Assembly (NCBI GenBank): GCA_963781495.1
Contig: CAWAFX010000002.1
Coordinates: 912,940 to 976,939, forward strand
Length of the DNA stretch: 64,000 nt
Source: an uncultured Solirubrobacterales bacterium
GTDB lineage: Bacteria; Actinomycetota; Thermoleophilia; Solirubrobacterales; 70-9
Direction: 5' to 3'
Positions 20,095 to 26,759 of the stretch are shown here, in pieces. Both the position numbers and the translations under genes were made by a program. Position 1 is the first letter of the stretch. Every line of letters begins with the position of its first letter. The notes under the pieces were generated by a model. The model made no database searches. It had not been told where the DNA came from and was given only the letters and a program-made list of their open reading frames with translations.

Positions 20095-20522
20095 CTCAAA
20101 ATACGCAGGCCCTCGTACTTGCGGTCGGCTCGGCGCCGGCGGGCGACCATCAGCCAGCCGAGGGCCAGCACGGCCAGCAGCGAGATCGGTGGCAGCAGGA
20201 TCGAGAGGCCGGCCAGCAGCAGCGCGACGACGACGACGATCAGCACGATCGACCCGAAGCCTCCGGCGCGCCTGACGGCGCCGACGACGACGCCGGAGAT
20301 CACCCGCGCCCCCAGCCAGCCTCCGGCTGCGCCGGCGACGATGCCGGCGACTATCGACTGGTCGTCAGTGGAGATCGAGAGCGCCCCGGCGACGGCGCCG
20401 ATCACCGCCGCGCCCCAGACGAGCAACGACGCGCTCTCGCCCCTGGGAACGACGGCGCCGATCAGCACCCCGACCGCGAGGCCGATCCCCAACGCCTGGC
20501 AGATGGCAAGAAAGAAGTCCAT
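20091..20522 (-). CDS. small Gly/Ala/Val-rich integral membrane protein
   Basis: 143 aa with 4 predicted TMs. It is the first gene of the three-gene overlapping operon. Confidence 0.6.
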   Translation of the reverse strand: MDFFLAICQALGIGLAVGVLIGAVVPRGESASLLVWGAAVIGAVAGALSISTDDQSIVAGIVAGAAGGWLGARVISGVVVGAVRRAGGFGSIVLIVVVVALLLAGLSILLPPISLLAVLALGWLMVARRRRADRKYEGLRILR

Positions 20523-20626
20523 TTAGTCCCGCCCGGGGAGGCTACCGAGCGCCCTCCCCGCGACCGATCACTTGCCTTCGCCGGCCTTGGTCTTCCGGCG
20601 GCCACCACTTCCGCCACACTTAGGCG

Positions 20627-22006
20627 GTGACCGAGATGCCGGGGCCGCCGCACCGCCGCCGCGCCCACACCACCGCCCACGACCTCGAGCGCTACGCGGG
20701 TCTGTTTGCCAAGCGCACCCAGGCGATGCGCTCCTCGGCGATGCGCGACCTGATGGCGATAACCGCCCGACCCGAGGTGATCTCGCTTGCCGGCGGGCTG
20801 CCCGACACCTCGACCTTCCCGCCCGCCAGCTTCGCCGCCCAGATGACCAAGATCGCCCAGGAGTCGGCGGCCGAGGCGCTGCAGTACGGCCCCACCGAGG
20901 GCTTCGAGGAGACAAAGGACTGCATCCTCGAGGTGATGGGCGCAGAGGGGATGCTGCCCGACCACGAGGACCTGATCGTCACCACCGGCGGCCAGCAGGC
21001 GATCGATCTGATCTGCAAGACGCTGGTCGATCCCGGCGACCCGGTGATCTGCGAGGCGCCGACCTACCCCGGTGCGGTGCCGGTCTTCTGCAGCTACCAA
21101 GCCGACGTGGTCCAGATCGAATGCGACGGGCAGGGGATGAAGATCGACGAGCTGGAGGCGGTGCTGGGACGGCTGGCGACCGAAGGGCGGCGGCCGAAGT
21201 TCATCTACTCGGTCCCAAGCTTCCAGAACCCGGCCGGCGTGACGATGTCGATCGAGCGGCGCCGGCGCCTGATCGAGCTGGCGCGCAGCAAGGAGGTCCT
21301 GATCGTCGAGGACAACCCGTATGGGCTGCTGCGCTACGAGGGCGAACCGCTGCCGCCCCTCTACCAGCTCGAGGGCGGCGATTACGTGATCTATATCGGC
21401 ACCCTCTCGAAGATCCTCTCGCCGGGGATCCGGCTCGGCTGGGCCGTCGCGCCGCCGCCGGTGATGGAGAAGATCGTCCTCGGCAAGCAGGCAGCCGACC
21501 TCTGCACCTCGACCCTGACCCAGTACTTCGTGCGCGAGTACTTCGCCGAGGGCCATTGGCGGGATTACGTCGAGAGCCTGATCGAGCTGTACCGCTCGCG
21601 CCGCGACGCGATGCTCGAGGCATTGCGCCGCCACTTCCCGCCGCAGGCGCACTGGACGCAACCCGCCGGCGGCCTCTTCATCTGGGCGACGTTGCCGGAC
21701 TACATCGACACCACCGACCTGCTGGCCAAGGCGCTGCGCGAGAACGTCGCCTTCGTCCCCGGGCAGGCCGCCTACGTCGACGGCCGCGGCGGCAGCTCGA
21801 TGCGGCTCAACTTCTCGGCCTCCGGCGAGTCGGAGATCGACGAGGGCATCCGCCGCATCGGACAGGTCGTCTGGGAGCAGGTCGAGCTCTACGAGACCCT
21901 GACCGGCGAGCTGCCGACCGAGCACCGCTCGCCGAGCACCGAGCGCCCCGAGCAGCCAGGCGCCGACGTCTTGCCACTCCGGAAGCGGGCCAGCGGCGGC
22001 TCCTGA
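20627..22006 (+). CDS. PLP-dependent aminotransferase (class I/II, 2-aminoadipate/LysN-like)
   Basis: 459 aa. It has RYAGLFAKR...ISLAGGLPD, YGPTEGF, TTGGQQAIDL, SFQNPAGV and the Lys region TLSKILSPGIRLGW. Confidence 0.85.
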   Translation: MTEMPGPPHRRRAHTTAHDLERYAGLFAKRTQAMRSSAMRDLMAITARPEVISLAGGLPDTSTFPPASFAAQMTKIAQESAAEALQYGPTEGFEETKDCILEVMGAEGMLPDHEDLIVTTGGQQAIDLICKTLVDPGDPVICEAPTYPGAVPVFCSYQADVVQIECDGQGMKIDELEAVLGRLATEGRRPKFIYSVPSFQNPAGVTMSIERRRRLIELARSKEVLIVEDNPYGLLRYEGEPLPPLYQLEGGDYVIYIGTLSKILSPGIRLGWAVAPPPVMEKIVLGKQAADLCTSTLTQYFVREYFAEGHWRDYVESLIELYRSRRDAMLEALRRHFPPQAHWTQPAGGLFIWATLPDYIDTTDLLAKALRENVAFVPGQAAYVDGRGGSSMRLNFSASGESEIDEGIRRIGQVVWEQVELYETLTGELPTEHRSPSTERPEQPGADVLPLRKRASGGS

Positions 22007-22953
22007 TGAAAGTCGCCGTCCTCAAGGGGGGCCGTTCGCTGGAGCGCGGGGTTTCGCTGCGCTCCGGGGCCAGGGTCGAGGACGCGCTGAGCCGGCTCGG
22101 CCATGAGCCGCTGCCGCTCGACGCCGGCGCCGAGCTGGTCGAGAGATTGGTCGCCGAGCGGCCCGATGCCGCCTTCGTCGCCCTGCACGGACCCGGCGGC
22201 GAGGACGGCACCGTGCAGGAGCTGCTGGAGATTCTCGATCTCCCCTACACCGGGCCCGGGGTCGCGGCCTGCATGCGCTGCATGGACAAGACGCTGGCCA
22301 AGCACGAGCTGCGCGAGGCGGGGATTGCGACTCCGGACTGGTTCGCCTTCAACGCCACCGCCTTCCGCGAGCTGGGAGCTGCCGACACCCTGGAGCAGAT
22401 CGAGGCCCGGCTCGGCTTCCCGCTGGTCGTCAAGCCGGCCCGCGGCGGCTCGGCGCTTGGGGTGAAGCTGGTCGCTGGGCGCGAGGAGGTGCCGCAGGCG
22501 CTGCTCGCCGCCTTCAGCTACGACGACAGGGTGCTGCTGGAGCGCTACGTGGAGGGCCGCGAGCTGGCGGTCAGCGTGCTCGGGGCCCAGGCGCTGCCGA
22601 TCGTCGAAGCGATCCCGCGCCGGGGCGACGCCTATGACTTCGAGGCCCGCTACGAGATCGGGCGCACCGAGTTCGTCTGTCCGGCCGAGCTCGATCCGGA
22701 CGCCGCAGCCGCGGTCACCGGCGAGGCGCTGCGCGCCTTCGAGACCCTCGGCTGCTCGGGCTTCGCGCGCGTTGACCTGATGCTCGGCAGTGGCGGGCCG
22801 CAGGTGCTGGAGGTCAACGCGATCCCCGGCCTCACCGACACGAGCCTGCTGCCGCAGGCAGCCGAGGCGGCGGGGCTGAGCTTCGAGCAGCTGGTCGAGC
22901 GGGCTCTGGAGTTGGCGCTCGAACGCGGGCCCAGCTCCGCGGTGACGCTTTAG
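22006..22953 (+). CDS. ddl: D-alanine--D-alanine ligase (paralogue 1)
   Basis: 315 aa from MKVAVLKGGRSLERGVSLRSG, with ALHGPGGEDGTVQELLE and the ATP-grasp body. Its ATG overlaps the aminotransferase TGA (TGATG). Confidence 0.9.
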   Translation: MKVAVLKGGRSLERGVSLRSGARVEDALSRLGHEPLPLDAGAELVERLVAERPDAAFVALHGPGGEDGTVQELLEILDLPYTGPGVAACMRCMDKTLAKHELREAGIATPDWFAFNATAFRELGAADTLEQIEARLGFPLVVKPARGGSALGVKLVAGREEVPQALLAAFSYDDRVLLERYVEGRELAVSVLGAQALPIVEAIPRRGDAYDFEARYEIGRTEFVCPAELDPDAAAAVTGEALRAFETLGCSGFARVDLMLGSGGPQVLEVNAIPGLTDTSLLPQAAEAAGLSFEQLVERALELALERGPSSAVTL

Positions 22954-23199
22954 TCAGACTCCCCAGGGCCGGATGTCCCGCACACCGGACGTACGGGGAT
23001 CGTCCGGCGTCGGAGGCCGCTCGTCGGCCCGCACCTCGGCCCCGGTGACCTCCTCGTCGCTCGGGGCCAAGCCGATCTTCGCCACGCGCCAATCGCCGTC
23101 CGGCCCCTCGGTCGGGACCCAGCGATGCGTGTGGCGCTCGGGGCTCTCGGCGGCCAACCTCTTGCACTCCGCTTCCGCTTCGGCCCGCGTCATCGGCAC
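22954..23199 (-). CDS. hypothetical small protein
   Basis: 81-aa ORF lying 4 nt downstream of the nuclease gene on the same strand. No motif recognised. Confidence 0.5.
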   Translation of the reverse strand: MPMTRAEAEAECKRLAAESPERHTHRWVPTEGPDGDWRVAKIGLAPSDEEVTGAEVRADERPPTPDDPRTSGVRDIRPWGV

Positions 23200-23202
23200 C
23201 GC

Positions 23203-23709
23203 TCACTCCTCGCCGGCGGCGAAGTCCTCCGGGGAGACGGTGTCGAGGAAGTCCTTGAACTTCTCCACCACCTCCTCCGGGTCCTCGACCTCCTGCTCGA
23301 ACTCGATCGCCGACTCCTCGATCACGTCCTCGGCAGCGAAGATCGGTGCCGAGACCCTGACCGCGAGGGCGAGCGCGTCGGAGGGCCGGGAGTCGATCTC
23401 CACCTCGGAGCCGTTGACCGAGATCGTGATCGAGGCGTAGAAGGTGTTGTCGCGCAGCTCGGTCACCGAGACGCGCTCGCACTTGGCCTCCATCTGGTCG
23501 AGGAGGTCGGAGAGCAGGTCGTGGGTCATCGGGCGCGGGGTCGACGCGCCCTGCAGCTTCATCAGGATCGCCGCCGCCTCGGGGTGGCCGATCCAGATCG
23601 GCAGGAACTTGTTCCCGTCCACGGTCTTCAGCAACACGATCGGCTGCTTGCCGACCATGTCGAAGCTGACTCCGTAGATCTGCATCTGCTGCAAGGGAAC
23701 GTCTCCCAT
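23203..23709 (-). CDS. bifunctional nuclease family protein (DUF151/BFN)
   Basis: 168 aa. It has VLLK...LPIWIG..EA.AI, RPMTHDL and RPSDALALAVR motifs of the BFN domain, plus an acidic tail. Confidence 0.8.
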   Translation of the reverse strand: MGDVPLQQMQIYGVSFDMVGKQPIVLLKTVDGNKFLPIWIGHPEAAAILMKLQGASTPRPMTHDLLSDLLDQMEAKCERVSVTELRDNTFYASITISVNGSEVEIDSRPSDALALAVRVSAPIFAAEDVIEESAIEFEQEVEDPEEVVEKFKDFLDTVSPEDFAAGEE

Positions 23710-23739
23710 TGGGACCGCGGGCCTGAAACGCCATTATAA

Positions 23740-23949
23740 GTGCGGCCCCTCGTACGCCTGAGCGGGCGTAGGCCCGCCTTTCCTCTCTCCTATCGAGCCG
23801 GCGAGGGGTGCGATGTCGGCGGCAGCGGAGACGCTGCGGGCATCGGCGACGCGGCCGGAATCGGAGACGCTGCCGGCATCGGCGATGCGCTGGGAAGAGG
23901 GAGAGATCGAGGCATAGTGATCAGAGCACAGTGTACTCTAATTTCATGA
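23740..23949 (+). CDS. possible small protein with (GDAAGI)x3 repeat, translationally coupled to the downstream HTH gene
   Basis: 69-aa ORF with a GTG start. The three full 18-nt repeat units differ only at third codon positions in this frame. Its stop forms an ATGA overlap with the start of the next gene. No clear RBS. Confidence 0.3.
   Translation: MRPLVRLSGRRPAFPLSYRAGEGCDVGGSGDAAGIGDAAGIGDAAGIGDALGRGRDRGIVIRAQCTLIS
23827..23898. repeat. 18-nt tandem repeat GGnGAyGCnGCnGGnATC, 3 full units plus a degenerate 4th
   Basis: Read directly: GGAGACGCTGCGGGCATC / GGCGACGCGGCCGGAATC / GGAGACGCTGCCGGCATC / GGCGATGCGCTGGGAAGA. Confidence 0.9.
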
Positions 23950-24329
23950 ATAGCAATTCCGGAACTCAGCCGAAGAACCCCTCAGCGGCAGTGCCCGGTG
24001 GCTGGGACTTCCTCACCAACCACGCCCATGTCCTGCTCTGCGTCGCCAACGACCCGGGCATCCGCCTGCGCGACATAGCCGAGGCGGTGGGGATCACCGA
24101 ACGCAGTGCGCACAAGATCCTCTCCGAGCTGGTCGACGAGGGCTACGTCCTGCGAGAGCGCCATGGCCGGCGAAACCGATACCAGATCAAGCCCGAGCTG
24201 CCGCTGCGGCATCCGCTCGTCCACGACCGAGAAGTCGGCGAGCTGCTCGAGGTCCTGCTGAGACCCGAAAGGCGGGCAAGACGGGGCCGAAAGCGCAGCG
24301 CCGCCGGAGTAGGCAAAGCCGCCGGCTAG
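23946..24329 (+). CDS. winged-helix (ArsR/MarR-like) transcriptional regulator
   Basis: 127 aa from MNSNSG. The HTH segment is IRLRDIAEAVGITERSAHKILSELVDEGYV, followed by the wing RERHGRRNRYQI. A TACTCT -10-like hexamer lies 6 nt upstream of the ATG, so the mRNA may be leaderless. Confidence 0.75.
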   Translation: MNSNSGTQPKNPSAAVPGGWDFLTNHAHVLLCVANDPGIRLRDIAEAVGITERSAHKILSELVDEGYVLRERHGRRNRYQIKPELPLRHPLVHDREVGELLEVLLRPERRARRGRKRSAAGVGKAAG

Positions 24330-25201
24330 GGCAAGGCTGCATCCGCCCGCCCGCCGGTCCGCAGCGGCGCGGGCATCAGGGCGGCGCCCGCGATGACGAG
24401 GCCAAAGGCAACCGCGCGCGCGGTGATGGCCAGCGGCCCGGTGCCGACCGGATCGCGAAAGACCAGGATCCCGCCGACGATCGCGACCAGGTTGGCCGCG
24501 ACCGAGGTGAAGGCGATGACTTCGATGCCCGGGTCGAGCTGCAAACCTCGGGCGGAAGCATAGAAAGCGGTCACCGAAGCAGCCAGGGCCGCGACGGACC
24601 AGGGACTGAGCAGCTCCAGCACGCCACCGCCAACGGCATTGGTCAAGTACTTGAGCGCGATGTCGGAGACGCCGAACAGCGCCCCGGCGCATGCGCCGAG
24701 CAGCATGCCCTGTCTGATTGGCGTCAGTCCGAGGCGATGGGAAGCCAGGGCGAGCCCGGTGGCAAGGGCGAGGATCGTCGTTTCCACGACGATCAAGGCG
24801 GCCAGCGCGTAGCCCGGAGCGTCGCCCCCCTGGCGGCCCGACGTAAGCCCGACCACCGCGAGCCCGACCGCCGTGATCAGCAGGCCGACCCATTGCCGGC
24901 GTCCGAGCTGATAGCCGAAAAAGCGCTCGGCGAGCACGGCGAGGAAGACCAGCCCACCGGCCAGAACGGCTTGCACGATCGACAGCGGCGCCAGCGCCAA
25001 GGCGCCGACGTGAAGCCCCCAGGCCCCAACGGCCACGATCCAGCCCAAGCTGAACCATCGGGAGCGAAATAGGCCGGCGGCGCTCCGCAACGGGTGCGAA
25101 ACGCGTACCGGTGGCGCCAGGAGCGCCCCGCGCTGCTTGAAGAGGAAGGCGACGTTGGTGCCCAGCGCACTAGCAAGGGCGAGAGCGAGTCCGACCAACA
25201 C
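24326..25201 (-). CDS. DMT-superfamily (EamA-like) membrane transporter
   Basis: 291 aa with about 9-10 TMs and a two-fold internal repeat typical of EamA-type permeases. Confidence 0.7.
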   Translation of the reverse strand: MLVGLALALASALGTNVAFLFKQRGALLAPPVRVSHPLRSAAGLFRSRWFSLGWIVAVGAWGLHVGALALAPLSIVQAVLAGGLVFLAVLAERFFGYQLGRRQWVGLLITAVGLAVVGLTSGRQGGDAPGYALAALIVVETTILALATGLALASHRLGLTPIRQGMLLGACAGALFGVSDIALKYLTNAVGGGVLELLSPWSVAALAASVTAFYASARGLQLDPGIEVIAFTSVAANLVAIVGGILVFRDPVGTGPLAITARAVAFGLVIAGAALMPAPLRTGGRADAALP

Positions 25202-25259
25202 GACTGGCCATTCTCCCCGGCCGCATCACGGCAAGGCATCACCCTAGCCAGGGACCGGG

Positions 25260-25424
25260 CTAATCCTCCGACGACTGTCCGGGGCCGCGCTCCGTCTCCT
25301 CACGCTCCTGCCTCGCAACCCTGCGGTCATCCTCCCGCTTGCGTTTGTACTCGAGGTAACTGTCGCGCCCCCGCCGCTTGCGAATGAGGTTCCCGGCTTT
25401 ACGCAGTTCGTTTCCCAGACCCAT
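25260..25424 (-). CDS. unlisted 54-aa highly charged small protein
   Basis: Below the ORF-track cutoff. The ATG at 25424 is immediately preceded by GAGGAGGAAGG, 2 nt after the stop of the upstream gene. Translation: MGLGNELRKAGNLIRKRRGRDSYLEYKRKREDDRRVARQEREETERGPGQSSED. Confidence 0.5.
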   Translation of the reverse strand: MGLGNELRKAGNLIRKRRGRDSYLEYKRKREDDRRVARQEREETERGPGQSSED

Positions 25425-25437
25425 CCTTCCTCCTCAT

Positions 25438-25785
25438 TCATGCCGGGGCGGCGAGCCGCTTGCGGGCCTTGACGACCGCCCCAACAGAGGTGTGCACGGC
25501 GTTGGCGATCTGGGAGTTGGAACGGTCGGGGTTGCGCTTGACCTCGAACTCGACGATGCTCGAGGAGCGGCGCCGGGCCCGCTCAGCCAGGGATAGGCCC
25601 ACGGTGCCAACAGCGGCTTCCGCCACCAGCTCACGGCGGCAGTGGAGGCAGACCGGACCGCGCACGTTCTCGATCCAGTCGGCGGGAAGCCCGCGGCGCT
25701 CGTGGCTGTCCATCAAGCGCACCTCGACGCCGCACTCGCCACAGGTCCACCGCTGCGGTGCTTGCGGTGGACCTTGCTCACTCAT
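25438..25785 (-). CDS. zinc-ribbon plus C-terminal HTH small protein
   Basis: 115 aa. CGEC and CLHC form a ribbon, and the C-terminal NSQIANAVHTSVGAVVKARKRL resembles a sigma-region-4/Hin-type HTH. It overlaps the upstream gene by 8 nt. Confidence 0.6.
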   Translation of the reverse strand: MSEQGPPQAPQRWTCGECGVEVRLMDSHERRGLPADWIENVRGPVCLHCRRELVAEAAVGTVGLSLAERARRRSSSIVEFEVKRNPDRSNSQIANAVHTSVGAVVKARKRLAAPA

Positions 25786-26239
25786 GGGCGGCGGCAGTCG
25801 CCCCTGCTGGGTCGCGGCGGGCGGAAGGTGGGAGGTGCCCGTGCAGCGCCACGGCGATCTTGTCCAGGACGTCGGGACGGCGTTGGAACTTGCGCTCGTA
25901 TAGCCGCGTCTTCTGCAGCTTCGCTGTGTCGGCTCCTTCGAGGCCGGCGAGGATTTCCGCGACGCTGAGGTTGTCGTAGTCCTGAAGGGGCTCTGGCCCG
26001 CGCAGGTAGCGGAGCTTGTGAAAGACAGGGGTTCGGTTCTTGTGCGTCCTCTCGTAGGTATCGATCGCCGCCAGCTCGGCCTGCGAGTGCTTGGAGAGCT
26101 CTGCGATCAGGTGCTTGTTGCTGATCTTGTCGTAGCCGGGGATCGGAAGGCGGTCCTCGCCATCTCGGTTGGTCTCCGCGGCGCCCACCTGCCCGCCATT
26201 GCCTGAAGCGCGCTTTTGCAGCAAGTTGAACTTGGACAT
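25778..26239 (-). CDS. hypothetical protein with two tandem ~45-aa (Y/D)DxxSxxE(I/L)...L..YE repeats (SAP/Rho-N-like helix hairpins)
   Basis: 153 aa. Repeat 1 is IPGYDKISNKHLIAELSKHSQAELAAIDTYERTHKNR. Repeat 2 is LQDYDNLSVAEILAGLEGADTAKLQKTRLYERKFQRR. An AT-rich promoter region lies upstream. Confidence 0.6.
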   Translation of the reverse strand: MSKFNLLQKRASGNGGQVGAAETNRDGEDRLPIPGYDKISNKHLIAELSKHSQAELAAIDTYERTHKNRTPVFHKLRYLRGPEPLQDYDNLSVAEILAGLEGADTAKLQKTRLYERKFQRRPDVLDKIAVALHGHLPPSARRDPAGATAAAHE

Positions 26240-26501
26240 TTCGTCTCCGATCGCTGGCGATCTGGCCGCGGTCCGGCCAATGCCTGTTGAAACACAGTGT
26301 ACGCACTTTTCCTGAATGAAATTTCAAGAAAACAACCGCAGCAGCCTGGCGAAGGAGATCCGCGACGCATTCGTTTGTCAGCAGCCACGACCGCGATACC
26401 GATGTGGCGACCGAGGTCTTCCCCCTGGAGCCATCACTTCAGAGAGGGCGGTCGCGCACTGCCGCTACATAGGCGCGGGCGGGTTTCAGGTCCGGCAAAA
26501 G

Positions 26502-26543
26502 TGGGCGATCCTGGACTCGAACCAGGGACCTCTTCCTTATCAG
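26502..26543 (-). repeat. 42-nt duplicate of the tRNA-Ile 3' half (att-like direct repeat)
   Basis: tgggcgatcctggactcgaaccagggacctcttccttatcag is identical to 29178..29219. Identity ends inside the anticodon loop, and no matching 5' half lies upstream. Confidence 0.85.
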
Positions 26544-26759
26544 GCGCGATCGGAGAGACGGCGAGAGGGGGCCGAAAACCCCATTCCCAAGCGGAATGAT
26601 CCACCTGCCACCGCCATTCTGAGCGGCGGCCGTACTGCCGCAGATTGCGGGCGTTGGTCGGCTATTTGGGCACTGATGCCCATTGCCTTGTGGTTGTCGG
26701 CGTGTGCCGACACGCCCGAAGGATCAGTCGTGACAGATGGGCCATGAGGCCGACCTGCG

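Noticed and set aside
18376-20526. 716-aa plus-strand ORF across the AlkP-family and small membrane genes. The 663-aa ORF at 16779-18770 and the 574-aa ORF at 47373-49097 are similar cases.
   Set aside because: They have low-complexity Arg/Pro/Ala/Gly composition, overlap well-supported genes on the other strand or in another frame, and contain no recognisable domains.
20572-22005. First 478 aa of the 793-aa ORF 20572-22953.
   Set aside because: Only the last 315 aa (from ATG 22006) are Ddl. The upstream part is an out-of-frame read of the aminotransferase gene, with Arg/Pro-rich composition.
23827-23898. Tandem 18-nt repeats considered as a CRISPR array or a binding-site array.
   Set aside because: The units are contiguous with no spacers, are only 18 nt long and number only about 3.5 copies. 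The variation pattern fits a coding repeat instead.
26316-26747. 143-aa plus-strand ORF spanning the tRNA-Ile fragment.
   Set aside because: It runs through the tRNA-derived repeat and arm sequence. It has no RBS and no motif, and its composition is atypical for coding sequence.
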